DNA of 64,000 bases from Candidatus Methanosuratincola verstraetei. Lineage in GTDB: Archaea > Thermoproteota > Methanomethylicia > Methanomethylicales > Methanomethylicaceae. Every line of letters starts with the position of its first letter. Within the stretch, counting starts at the first letter, position 1. Position numbers and translations under genes: made by a program. The stretch spans positions 1,159,658-1,223,657 of the forward strand of contig CP186953.1 in NCBI GenBank assembly GCA_049570475.1. The letters run 5' to 3'. Positions 9,536 to 18,831 of the stretch are shown piece by piece. The notes beneath the pieces are model-generated. The model searched no databases and was not told the origin of the DNA. It saw nothing but the letters and a program-made list of their open reading frames with translations.

Positions 9536-9823
9536 CTAGCTAAGGGACTCCGCATGCCTCCTCTCGTCCTTCGCGCGGACCTTGACGACGCGCTTGCTGA
9601 TCGCGCACTTGACGCAGTAGTTCTTCGTGACTACCCTCCTGTATATCTGCGCCCCCTGCTTCATTAGGTCCTTCGCGAGCTGCGGCTCCAGCAGCGAGAC
9701 CGGCTTCGTCACCTTTATGACCTTGTCCCTGGGGATCCACGCCCCGCAGAGGTCGCACTGGACCCTCGACGACTTGCCCTTGTCACCCTTGCTACGCCCT
9801 CGGCTCTTCCGCTTCTTCGGCAA
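9536..9823 (-). CDS. rps26e: 30S ribosomal protein S26e
   Basis: Reads MPKKRKSRGRSKGDKGK...VQCDLCGAWIPRDK...NYCVKCAISKRVVKVR, the S26e zinc-binding pattern. Confidence 0.85.
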   Translation of the reverse strand: MPKKRKSRGRSKGDKGKSSRVQCDLCGAWIPRDKVIKVTKPVSLLEPQLAKDLMKQGAQIYRRVVTKNYCVKCAISKRVVKVRAKDERRHAESLS

Positions 9824-9986
9824 TTCAAGTCCTCCATTATGGTTTGCTTGGTCAGTAATCGACGGTTCTGCTTATAAAAATGTCGCATGCTTCTGCCGCC
9901 AAACCCCTCTCCCGGGCGCGCAGGGAAAGGTTATTTCTGACCGCAGACCAAATAACTCCTGAATCGCTGGTTCAGGTGGCTATGAA

Positions 9987-11471
9987 ATGGGTTCCAGTCA
10001 AGGTCCAGGGGCAGATCCGGGCGCAGGCACTCGTGCAGGCGCTGGCGCGGGGGCGGGTCAGCCCATCCCTCCTAGCCCCCCTCAGCCTCAGCAGCCCCGC
10101 AGGCCCGGCACAGGCTCGGATTCGGAGTCCGGGTACAGGGGGAAGGTGCTCGAGCTGATAAGGTCGAAGGGGCTGAAGGTCGGGGACAGGGTCCTCGTCA
10201 AGGACGGGAGGATAGAGCTATCCGGGGTGCTTATGCCGAGATCCGAGCTCGAGGACGACGAGCACATAGTGGTGAAGCTCCCAGACGGTTACAACGTCGG
10301 GGTCTCGATAGGGTCGATCGAGATCCGCCGCGTCCCCGATCAGGAGCCGCCGCGCCCGCAGCCGGAGGCTTCCCTTCCGCCGCCGAACCCTGCCCTCCCG
10401 CAGGTCGCGATCATCAGCACGGGCGGCACGATAGCGAGCAGGGTCGACTACAGGACCGGCGCGGTCAGCCCAGCCCTCTCCGCAGCCGACCTCTACCAGG
10501 CGGTGCCTGAGCTGGGCGAGGTTGCGAGCATACGGACCGAGATACTCTTCAGCATACTGAGCGAGAACATGTCCCCGAAGCACTGGAGCTCGATAGCGGA
10601 ATCGGTTTACAAGCAGATAAAGGCGGGCGCCCAGGGGGTCGTCGTCACGCACGGGACGGACACGATGGGCTACACCGCCGCAGCCCTCAGCTTCGCGCTG
10701 AGGAACCTCCCCGTGCCGGTCATCCTCGTCGGATCCCAGCGTTCGTCCGACCGCCCCTCCTCCGACGCCGCTCTGAACCTCAAGGGCGCGGTCACCGCCG
10801 CCGCATACGCGCCATTCGCAGAGGTCGGGGTGCTGATGCACGCGTCCCCGTCTGACGACCTGCTCGTGATCCACCGTGGGACGAGGGCGAGGAAGATGCA
10901 CACGAGCAGGCGCGACGCGTTCAGGTCGGTGAACTCGAGGCCGCTCGCCTACGTCAAGGACGGCAAGATCGAGGTCGCCGCAGCCGCCGGAGTTGATGGC
11001 CCGGGCTGCCGCCCCCGCGGTTCGCCAGGGGAGCTGGAGCTGAAGCCCCACTTCGACGAGGATGTTGTCCTGATCAAGTCATTCCCCGGCATGCCGCCGG
11101 ACATATTCGACCCGATAATCCACAGGGGGTTCAGGGGGATAGTGCTCGAGGGGACTGGTCTCGGGCACGTCCCGGACAAGGTCTTCCACCAGGTAAGGAG
11201 GGCGGTCGACAGCGGGCTCACGGTCGTAATGGCGTCCCAGTGCATAAACGGGAGGGTCAACATGAACGTCTACAGCACCGGGAGGGAGCTCCTCGGCATG
11301 GGGGTTATCCCAGCAGGAGACATGCTGCCCGAGACCGCCCTGGTCAAGCTCATGTGGGTGCTTGGGCAGACCGAGGACCACGATAAGATACGGGAGCTCT
11401 TCACTGCGAACCTGGCAGGGGAGCTCTCCGAGAGGAGCGAGTACGACGGGGGTGTCGCGGATGGTGAGTGA
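9987..11471 (+). CDS. gatD: Glutamyl-tRNA(Gln) amidotransferase subunit D (GatD), with unusual ~50-aa Gly/Ala/Pro-rich N-terminal extension and Pro-rich interdomain linker
   Basis: Asparaginase-like core with AIISTGGTIAS, VVTHGTDTM and LVGSQRSSDRPSSDA motifs. Start codon is uncertain because the first ~50 codons are low complexity. Confidence 0.85.
   Translation: MGSSQGPGADPGAGTRAGAGAGAGQPIPPSPPQPQQPRRPGTGSDSESGYRGKVLELIRSKGLKVGDRVLVKDGRIELSGVLMPRSELEDDEHIVVKLPDGYNVGVSIGSIEIRRVPDQEPPRPQPEASLPPPNPALPQVAIISTGGTIASRVDYRTGAVSPALSAADLYQAVPELGEVASIRTEILFSILSENMSPKHWSSIAESVYKQIKAGAQGVVVTHGTDTMGYTAAALSFALRNLPVPVILVGSQRSSDRPSSDAALNLKGAVTAAAYAPFAEVGVLMHASPSDDLLVIHRGTRARKMHTSRRDAFRSVNSRPLAYVKDGKIEVAAAAGVDGPGCRPRGSPGELELKPHFDEDVVLIKSFPGMPPDIFDPIIHRGFRGIVLEGTGLGHVPDKVFHQVRRAVDSGLTVVMASQCINGRVNMNVYSTGRELLGMGVIPAGDMLPETALVKLMWVLGQTEDHDKIRELFTANLAGELSERSEYDGGVADGE
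9999..10140 (+). repeat. GC-rich low-complexity coding tract (GAGAGAG / PPSPPQPQQP) at gatD 5' end
   Basis: Seen directly as gcaggcgctggcgcgggggcgggt and ccctcctagcccccctcagcctcagcagcccc. Confidence 0.6.
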
Positions 11472-13440
11472 TGAAGATCGGCACATGGGAAGTTCTGCGG
11501 ATCGGGAAGTGGCTGCCCCGCCGGGCCCCGCTGCCGCATCCGGGCAAGCCGGATCAGGGGGCGGGGTGAAGGTCGGGATCGAGATCCACCAGCAGCTCGA
11601 CACCAGGCACAAGCTCTTCTGCGGGTGCCCGACCGCCCTCTCGGACCGGGATCCAGACTACTCCGTCGTCAGGAGGCTCCGCCCCACCCACAGCGAGATG
11701 GGCCAGGTCGACCGCGCCGCGCTCTTCGAGTCGACCAGGGGGAAGCGCTTCGTCTACCAAGGGCACTACGGGTCTGCCTGCCTCGTCGAGCTTGACGAGG
11801 AGCCGCCCCACGGGCTGAACGGCGAGGCGGTCTCGGTCGCCCTCACGGTAGCCGCAATGATGAACATGAAGCCCGTCGACGAGATCCACGTGATGCGCAA
11901 GATAGTCATCGACGGCTCGAACACGACCGGCTTCCAGAGGACCGCCAAGGTCGCCCTCGACGGATGGATCGATGTCGGCGGGAAGAAGGTCACGATACAG
12001 TCCCTGTGCCTCGAGGAGGACGCCGCGAGGAAGGTCTCCGAGGAGCCCGGGGGCACCGTGGTATACAGGCTTGACAGGCTCGGGATACCGCTCGTCGAGG
12101 TGACCACGGGGCCTGACATGCACAGCGGTGCCGAGGCCGAGGAGGCCGCGCTCGCGATCGGGAGGATCCTGAAGGCGACCGGGAAGGTGAAGCGCGGGAT
12201 CGGCGCGATCAGGCAGGACCTGAACGTCTCGGTGGAGGGCGGGACGAGGATCGAGATCAAGGGCGTGCAGGAGCTTGGGATGATCTCCTCTGCTGTCGAG
12301 TACGAGGCCATGCGCCAGCGCCGCCTGCTCGAGATAAGGGCTGAGCTGCTGAGGCGGGGGGCGCCCGACCCCTCCGGATCCCAGTTCGAGGACCTCACCG
12401 GGATCCTCAAGGGGACCGGCAGCAAGGTCCTGCGGAGGGCGATCGACTCCGGGGGGAGGGTGATGGGCGTCCTCCTCCGCGGGTACGGCGGGCTCCTGAA
12501 GGAAGAGGTCCAGCCGGGGAGGAGGTTCGGCACCGAGCTCTCAGACAGGGCGAAGGCGAGGGCTGGCGTGGGCGGGATCTTCCACACCGACGAGCTCCCG
12601 GCGTACGGGATCACAGCGGACGAGGTCTCATCCGTGAGGCAGGCGCTCGGCGCGTCCGAGTCTGACTGCGCCGTCCTGGTCGCAGCGCCAGAGCCGGCTT
12701 GCAGGGCCGCCCTGGAGGCCGTGGTCGAGAGGGCGTCTGAGGCGCTGCGGGGCATCCCCCCCGAGGTGAGGGCAGCGAACCAGGACGGGACGACAAGGTT
12801 CATGCGCCCGATGCCCGGGTCCGCCAGGATGTACCCTGAGACCGACGTCCCTTCGATCGTCGTCAGCCCGTCGCGCTTCGAGGAGGTTAAGCGCTCGCTC
12901 CCTGAGACGCTCGAGTCAAAGGCTGATCGGTACCGGAAGGAGTACGGGCTGAGCAGGGATCTCGCGCTCCTGGTAGTCGACTCGCCCTATGCCGCAGAGT
13001 TCGAGTCCATTGTCAGGGAGGGAGGGGCAGACCCGTCCTTCGTCGCAGCCACCTTCGAGTACACGTTCAAGATGCTCAGGCGGGAGGGCGTGGACGTCGA
13101 CTCCTTCGACCCGGGCGACATAAAGCAGGTCCTGCTGGGCGCCAGCTCGGGCAAGATACCGAAGGAAGCCGTCCCGGAGATCTTCAGGTGGCTCTCCGCG
13201 AACAGGGGCAAGGGCGTCGAAGACGCGCTCAAAGCCCTCTCGGTCGGCTCGGTCAGCCCTGAGGAGGTCCGTTCCGCGGTCGCCGCGGTCGTGGAGAGGA
13301 ACCTCGACCTGGTAAGGCGCGAGGGCGAGCGAGCAAAGAGCAGGCTGATGGGGGACCTGATGAAGGAGTACCGAGGGAAGGTCGACGGGAAGCTCCTCTT
13401 CTCCCTGCTGGATGAGGAGATAAGGAAGCGGGCGGAGTGA
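11461..13440 (+). CDS. gatE: Glutamyl-tRNA(Gln) amidotransferase subunit E (GatE)
   Basis: Begins VKVGIEIHQQLDT..KLFCGCPT and carries a C-terminal GatB/YqeY-like domain. ATG at 11461 overlaps gatD stop by 11 nt (atggtgagtga); alternative ATG at 11485. Confidence 0.85.
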   Translation: MVSDEDRHMGSSADREVAAPPGPAAASGQAGSGGGVKVGIEIHQQLDTRHKLFCGCPTALSDRDPDYSVVRRLRPTHSEMGQVDRAALFESTRGKRFVYQGHYGSACLVELDEEPPHGLNGEAVSVALTVAAMMNMKPVDEIHVMRKIVIDGSNTTGFQRTAKVALDGWIDVGGKKVTIQSLCLEEDAARKVSEEPGGTVVYRLDRLGIPLVEVTTGPDMHSGAEAEEAALAIGRILKATGKVKRGIGAIRQDLNVSVEGGTRIEIKGVQELGMISSAVEYEAMRQRRLLEIRAELLRRGAPDPSGSQFEDLTGILKGTGSKVLRRAIDSGGRVMGVLLRGYGGLLKEEVQPGRRFGTELSDRAKARAGVGGIFHTDELPAYGITADEVSSVRQALGASESDCAVLVAAPEPACRAALEAVVERASEALRGIPPEVRAANQDGTTRFMRPMPGSARMYPETDVPSIVVSPSRFEEVKRSLPETLESKADRYRKEYGLSRDLALLVVDSPYAAEFESIVREGGADPSFVAATFEYTFKMLRREGVDVDSFDPGDIKQVLLGASSGKIPKEAVPEIFRWLSANRGKGVEDALKALSVGSVSPEEVRSAVAAVVERNLDLVRREGERAKSRLMGDLMKEYRGKVDGKLLFSLLDEEIRKRAE

Positions 13441-13548
13441 CATACCCGCATGCCCGCGCAACCCTTTTTATCCCGGGGATAGATAATCTTGTTAAAACCA
13501 GTCTGCTGATCAAAACTGGCTCTCTGCGGTCCGGCTTGGTGTGGTACC

Positions 13549-15357
13549 TTGTGCGGGATATTCGGTTGCATCTGCGAAGCGGCCGTCCCAGTGCTCGTCG
13601 ACGGCCTGAGGCGGCTTGAGTACCGTGGATACGACTCGGTGGGGTTCGCCTTCATCTCCGAGGGCAGGATCATTGTGATGAAGGACAAGGGCAGCATCGA
13701 TGATTTCGTCCGCAGGGTAGACCTCGACTCGCTCGACTCTCGAATAGAGGTGGGGATAGGCCACACCAGGTGGGCGACGCACGGGGCGCCATGCAAGGAG
13801 AATGCACACCCGCACCTCGACTGCACCGGGTCGATAGCGATAGTCCACAACGGGGTCCTGGAGAACTTCCTGGAGCTGCGCGCCGGGCTCCAGGCAAGGG
13901 GGCATGCCTTCTCCTCAAACACCGACTCCGAGGTGATAGCGCACCTTGTCGAGGAGGGCGTAAGGTCCGGGATGGGGCTAAAGGGGGCGCTGGCAAGCGC
14001 TTCCAGTCAGACGAGGGGGTCGATGGCAGTGGCGGCCTTGAGCTCCGCGGAGCCGGACAGGATCGTCTGCTTCAGGAGGGAGAGCCCGCTCATACTCGGC
14101 ATTGGCCCCAAAGGGGTATACTGCGCATCGGACATACCCGCGCTGGTGAAGTATGCAACCCGGTTCTTCCCCATGCCGGAAGGGAGCCTCGCCACTCTGA
14201 CGCGGGGCGGCTTCACGCTGGAGAGCGCAAGCGGCGAGCAGATAGACCCATGCGCGGTGGGAGTGGACTGGGACTTGGCTGCCGTCGACCGGGGAGGGTA
14301 TGCGCACTTCATGCTCAAGGAGATTCACGAGCAGCCACTCGCCGTCTCGAACACGCTCAGGATCTCTGCAGAGTACGTGGCGCGTGCGGCGTCGCTCCTC
14401 CTGGGGAAGCGGATCCTCCTCACTGGTTCGGGGACGTCTTACCACGCCTGCCTCTGCGCCTCCTACCTGCTCAACTCCTTGGGGTTCGACGCCAGGGCGA
14501 TCATATCGTCTGAGTTCGAGGAGCACCTGAAGGGGCAGCCCCTCGGGGAGGCTGTGGTGGTTGGGGTCTCGCAGTCCGGCGAGACTGCAGACACGCTCGG
14601 CGCGATCAGGCACGCCAAGAGGCTCGGCGCCCGCGTGCTGGGGATAACGAACACGCTCTCCTCCTCGATAACGTCCCTCTCGGACGCATACCTCTGCACG
14701 CAGGGCGGGCCAGAGATAGGCGTCGCTGCGACCAAGTCTTTCCTGACCCAGCTCGTCGCGCTGGAGATGCTCTCGTTCAGGGCGGCGCTCGCTTCCGGAT
14801 CCCTCTCAAGGGCGGATTACGAGGGCGTGGTTTCCGAGATGGCTTCCCTGCCCGCGAAGATAAGCTCCATTCTGGGGAGGCTTGATCGGGTTCGGGAGAT
14901 CGCCCTCAAGTACGCGGACAGGAGGGATGCCTACTTCCTCGGGAGGGGGATGAACGTTGCCACCGCCATGGAGGGGGCGCTCAAGCTCAAGGAGATAAGC
15001 TACATCCACGCAGAGGGGTACCCCGCTGGGGAGTCGAAGCACGGCCCGATCTCGCTCGTCGAGCCGGGTTTCCTCTGCGTCTTCGTTGCTCCGAAGGACT
15101 CGTCTAGGCAGAGGATCATCGGCAATGTGATGGAGATGAAGGCCAGGGGTGCCGAGATATTCTCAGTGCTCACCGAGGGGGACGGCGAGCTGGTTGAGGT
15201 TTCGGACGAGCACTTCGAGGTTCCGGAGTCGCCCGAGTACCTGTACCCGGTCCTCTGCACGGTGCCTCTCCAGGCGCTCGCGTACTACGTGGCAACTTAC
15301 CGGGGGCTGGACCCGGACAGACCTAGGAACCTGGCAAAGTCCGTCACAGTCCTCTAG
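13549..15357 (+). CDS. glmS: Glutamine--fructose-6-phosphate aminotransferase (isomerizing)
   Basis: N-terminus MCGIFGC (Ntn Cys1) followed by two SIS domains (GSGTSYHA...). TTG start. Confidence 0.9.
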   Translation: MCGIFGCICEAAVPVLVDGLRRLEYRGYDSVGFAFISEGRIIVMKDKGSIDDFVRRVDLDSLDSRIEVGIGHTRWATHGAPCKENAHPHLDCTGSIAIVHNGVLENFLELRAGLQARGHAFSSNTDSEVIAHLVEEGVRSGMGLKGALASASSQTRGSMAVAALSSAEPDRIVCFRRESPLILGIGPKGVYCASDIPALVKYATRFFPMPEGSLATLTRGGFTLESASGEQIDPCAVGVDWDLAAVDRGGYAHFMLKEIHEQPLAVSNTLRISAEYVARAASLLLGKRILLTGSGTSYHACLCASYLLNSLGFDARAIISSEFEEHLKGQPLGEAVVVGVSQSGETADTLGAIRHAKRLGARVLGITNTLSSSITSLSDAYLCTQGGPEIGVAATKSFLTQLVALEMLSFRAALASGSLSRADYEGVVSEMASLPAKISSILGRLDRVREIALKYADRRDAYFLGRGMNVATAMEGALKLKEISYIHAEGYPAGESKHGPISLVEPGFLCVFVAPKDSSRQRIIGNVMEMKARGAEIFSVLTEGDGELVEVSDEHFEVPESPEYLYPVLCTVPLQALAYYVATYRGLDPDRPRNLAKSVTVL

Positions 15358-15376
15358 CGCAGGGTGATGCGATTCC

Positions 15377-15910
15377 ATGAACCCGGAGATGAAGGAGGAG
15401 ATAACCAAAAAGGCCCTCTCCTCGGTCTCAACAGCCCTTGCGCACGCCCAGACGCTCCTCCCCTTGGTCGTTGAAAATGGCAATCCGGGAAGCGGGGCCC
15501 AGGGGCCCGGGGGAGCCGAGGATCCAGCACTACATGCTTCTCCGGGCGGAGGCAATGCTGCGGCCACGGAGAACGGCCTACGGCGGGCCTATGCGTCGGC
15601 GCTCAGGTGCAGGCTCGAGATTCAGTATGCCCTCCTGCTCATACAGAAGGGGCTCTCGATCGGAGTCGAGATGGTTGATTCATCTGCGCCATCATCGAGA
15701 TCCGCGCAGAAAGCTAGGCTCGCGGCGGGGCTGAAGTCCGACCTCGAGGGTGCGCTCTCTGCCCTTGAGTCCGGGTCGCCAGAGGTCGCAGGCGCGGCGC
15801 TTGCCGCCTCAGACTCGAAGGCTGCCCAGCTGATCTCGAAAATCAGGGGCGAGCTAAAGCGATGCACCCGAGTTCAGCGGCGGGACCGGGATCGGCGATC
15901 CGTCGGTTAA
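15377..15910 (+). CDS. Hypothetical protein (Ala/Gly-rich, no recognisable domain)
   Basis: GC3-biased ORF 20 nt downstream of glmS; no known motifs. Confidence 0.35.
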   Translation: MNPEMKEEITKKALSSVSTALAHAQTLLPLVVENGNPGSGAQGPGGAEDPALHASPGGGNAAATENGLRRAYASALRCRLEIQYALLLIQKGLSIGVEMVDSSAPSSRSAQKARLAAGLKSDLEGALSALESGSPEVAGAALAASDSKAAQLISKIRGELKRCTRVQRRDRDRRSVG

Positions 15911-15964
15911 GAAATTGGGGCAGACCACAAAAAAGGGAATATTATGGGTGCGCCTGGGCGCGGC

Positions 15965-16994
15965 TCACAGGCGCCTGTCGACTATGTCCTCGGTTCCTGG
16001 CCCGGTCCCTATGATCGTGACCGGGACGCCCAGGTTCTGCTCAATCTCCTTGACGAATGATTTCGCCCTGTCAGGCAGGCCCTCATAGCTCCGCGCCCCC
16101 CTGCACTCAGGGAAAATCGCGTCCAGCTTCGTGAGCGCTATCTGCGTCCCCCCGTTTATCCTCAGCGACCTCTCCGCGAGCGCATAGTTAAACGGGGCCG
16201 CCCTCCTCCTCCTTCCGGTCACAGTGGCGACCTCCAGCCAGCCCCTCCTCGCAGCCTCGTCCTCAGGGATCTCCCCCTCGAGCGGGCCGCCGCCTACCCT
16301 GGTCACGTAGGACTTGAAGACTACCACGACATCGTCAACGTCCTTAGGGCCCACGCCGACCTCGCTGCAGACTGCCGAGGCCGAGACGTCCCTGCTTGTG
16401 ACGTACGGCGGATCCCCGTGGAACAGCGAGAGGTAGAGCCCCTGCGTGCCCTCCAGGAGGACCCTGCCGCCTGACTTTGCGCTGTCGTGGACCTCCCTCT
16501 CCACGTCAGTGAGGTATGGCTTGAGCTCGTCGAAGTCGCGGGCGAGCCTCATCGTCCGGAGCACCCTGTCGACCATCGCTGCCCCGACGCCGGACCCGGT
16601 CGAGCCTACCTTCTTCATCAGGAACTCGTCCTTCCGCTCCCTCTCGATGTGCTCGGGGAGTATCACGCCGCTGTTCCGGTCCACCCCGAGCCTCCCCTCG
16701 GCCCCGGTGATGGCGATCTCCTTCTTCAGCGTCTCGATGCTGTACAGCGCCCCGGCTGCTATGAGGAGCCTGGTCCTCCTGTTGACGTAGGCGCACGGGA
16801 TTATCCTCAGCTTGACCTCCTTCCCGCCCTCGACTATCGTGTGCCCTGCGTTTATCGACCCAGTCCTGACTGCCAGGGCGTAGTTGTCCTTGAAGCCCAT
16901 ATAGGCGGCTATCTTACCTCTGGGGGGATCCCCGCAGCGGTGACCCTTTCCCCTCGTCTCCGTAGAAGCCGCCAACGACCACAGTCACTGCCAT
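15965..16994 (-). pseudogene. purA: Adenylosuccinate synthetase (purA), reading frame interrupted by a 28-nt insertion inside the P-loop (GDEGKG|KIAAY); otherwise intact
   Basis: The N-terminal 17 codons MAVTVVVGGFYGDEGKG are in one frame and hit TAA. The remaining 336 codons (KIAAYMGF...NAGHT...) are in the +1 frame. Deleting plus-strand 16916-16943 restores GDEGKGKIAAY. Confidence 0.75.
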
Positions 16995-17179
16995 TTTACC
17001 ACCAGTCGAATACAGCGCAGGTCCGTATAAAAAGATTATATGCCCCCGGCGAGTGGATACATTGTCTGCGCGCCTGCCTGCCTCGGCACTTGCCCTTCGC
17101 AGTGCCCGGGGATCTGGCAGGGCGGGTGGCTGGTCCGCCTCATCAATGGGTGGGCTGGCAAGCCGGGGCGATCGGGCGG

Positions 17180-17971
17180 ATGGAAGGGAGGGGATCCAGT
17201 TTGGAGATCTGGGGCATAAGGACAAGGGTGGTCAGGCCGGGGGACGACCTCGTCGAGCTAACTATCGAGGGGGCGGAGTCCTCTGGGATTGAGATCAGGG
17301 GCGGCGACATACTCGCGTTCTCAGCCAAGGCTGTAGCCACGGCCATGGGCAGGCTCGTTCGCCTCTCGGATGTCCGCCCATCCCCGGCTGCAATCGATCT
17401 CGCCGCGCGCCACTCGATGGACCCGGCATTCGTCGAGGTCGTGATCAGGGAGGCCGACCAGATCCTGGGCGGGGTCGAGCACGCACTCGCCACGATCAAG
17501 AGAGGCATACTCGTTGCGAACGCCGGAGTGGACCAGTCCAACTCCCCGCCGGGCTACGTCGCCCTTTGGCCCGAGGATCCGCAGACTGCTGCAGAGGGGC
17601 TGAAGGCCTCATTCTCAAGGAGAGGGCTCGACGTTGGCATCCTTATAATCGACAGCAGGACGCTCCCGCTGAGGATGGGGAACAGCGGCGTCGCGATTGG
17701 CATAGCCGGATTCAGGGCGGTCGAGGACCTGAGGGGGAAGCCAGACCTCTACGGCAGGCCCCTCCGCCTCAAGAGGTTCATGGTGGCCGACAACCTGGCT
17801 TCCGCAGCGCAGCTGGTCATGGGCGAGACAGACGAGTCGAGGCCAGTCGCTCTGATCAGGGATGCCCCAGTCACGTACGGCAGCGGATACGGCATCGGCG
17901 AGGCGTACATACCCCCGGACCAGTGCCTCATCATGCACCTCCTTTCCTGCAGGGGCGGGAGGAGCCCATAA
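17180..17971 (+). CDS. cofE: Coenzyme F420-0:L-glutamate ligase (CofE)
   Basis: Reads MEGRGSSLEIWGIRT...DILAFSAKAV...ILIIDSRT...GVAIGIAG. Only the C-terminal 263 codons of listed ORF 16487..17971 are genic (the rest is antisense to purA). Confidence 0.75.
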   Translation: MEGRGSSLEIWGIRTRVVRPGDDLVELTIEGAESSGIEIRGGDILAFSAKAVATAMGRLVRLSDVRPSPAAIDLAARHSMDPAFVEVVIREADQILGGVEHALATIKRGILVANAGVDQSNSPPGYVALWPEDPQTAAEGLKASFSRRGLDVGILIIDSRTLPLRMGNSGVAIGIAGFRAVEDLRGKPDLYGRPLRLKRFMVADNLASAAQLVMGETDESRPVALIRDAPVTYGSGYGIGEAYIPPDQCLIMHLLSCRGGRSP

Positions 17972-18080
17972 GCCAGGCGCCAGTCAGTTCGATCCCGCCA
18001 GACACAAAAATGTTTGTTTTTGCCTTCACTGATCTAAAATCCTCGCACCAAAGCCTTAATATCCCCTAAAAAGGCTTAAG

Positions 18081-18560
18081 GTGATCCAAGGGATGAGTGA
18101 TCGGCCCATGTCCTCGGAACTCGATGCCCTTGACAAGCTAATAATCAAAACCCTCCAGTCCAACGCCCGCACCCCGTTCTCCAAGATAGCAAAGGAGGCT
18201 GGCGTCAGCGAGGCCACCGTGTTCCTCCGGGTGAAGGGGCTCCAGCAGAGCGGCGTGATAAAGTCGTTCAGGGCGATCGTCGACCCGCAGAAGGTCGGGA
18301 AGCCCCTCTCGGCATTCATACTGGTGAAGGCGGACCCGAAGAAGTACGCCGAGGTCGCGAAGCTGATCAGGGACCTCCCCGAGGTCACTGAGGCATTCGA
18401 CGTCACCGGACCGTACTACCTGATATGCAGGGTCGACGTCCCGGGGAAGGACGCGCTCTCCGAAGTGATCGACAAGATGGGCAGGGTCGAGGGCGTGCTC
18501 AGCACCGAGACCGCAATCGTTCTCAAGGAGATCAAGGAGAACGTGGGGCTGAGCATCTGA
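18081..18560 (+). CDS. lrp: Lrp/AsnC-family transcriptional regulator (HTH + RAM domain)
   Basis: N-terminal LDKLIIKTLQSNARTPFSKIAKEAGVSEATVFLRVKGLQQSGVI... followed by a C-terminal RAM domain. Start may be the ATG at 18093. Confidence 0.85.
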   Translation: MIQGMSDRPMSSELDALDKLIIKTLQSNARTPFSKIAKEAGVSEATVFLRVKGLQQSGVIKSFRAIVDPQKVGKPLSAFILVKADPKKYAEVAKLIRDLPEVTEAFDVTGPYYLICRVDVPGKDALSEVIDKMGRVEGVLSTETAIVLKEIKENVGLSI

Positions 18561-18630
18561 TCGGCGCATTCTTTTTTTCGGTCCGATGCACTGGCATCCG
18601 CCGGGCGATCTGCCGCCTGGCTGAATCATG

Positions 18631-18786
18631 CTATCCCGGAAGCTTGAATTCCTTCCCGCACCTTGGGCACTTTGCGTAGCCGCACCTTCCGAATGTGACC
18701 TCGTTGCATCCGGTGCAAGCAAAAGTCCTGGAGTACATCAGGCTGAACCTGCTCCCGCAGTTCGGACACACAAGTATGTCGCCCAT
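18631..18786 (-). CDS. Small zinc-ribbon protein (51 aa, three CxxC pairs: CPNC...CTGC...CPRC); below 60-aa ORF cutoff
   Basis: My translation of the minus strand gives MGDILVCPNCGSRFSLMYSRTFACTGCNEVTFGRCGYAKCPRCGKEFKLPG*. Third codon positions are GC-biased like neighbouring genes. The ORF is divergent from hypB. Confidence 0.45.
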   Translation of the reverse strand: MGDILVCPNCGSRFSLMYSRTFACTGCNEVTFGRCGYAKCPRCGKEFKLPG

Positions 18787-18831
18787 AAAGACACTTCGAG
18801 TTGAATCTGAAAGAGGGAAGACATTATAAAC

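Noticed and set aside
16916-16943. Canonical bulge-helix-bulge intron for the purA 28-mer
   Set aside because: I could not pair a 4-bp central helix between the 5' intron end (UCACC…) and the first exon-2 nucleotides (AAGAUAGCC) with 3-nt bulges. Only a relaxed hairpin within the insert is evident. I kept it as an open hypothesis rather than a feature.
16487-17179. N-terminal 230 codons of the listed 494-aa ORF 16487..17971
   Set aside because: This part is antisense to purA and has no protein similarity. Only the C-terminal 263 codons from ATG 17180 constitute cofE.
17995-18020. tRNA-like T-arm motif cagTTCGATCCcgcc after cofE
   Set aside because: No acceptor, D or anticodon stems can be paired around it, and it has no CCA context. 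It is most likely a chance match. I found no tRNA genes in the window.
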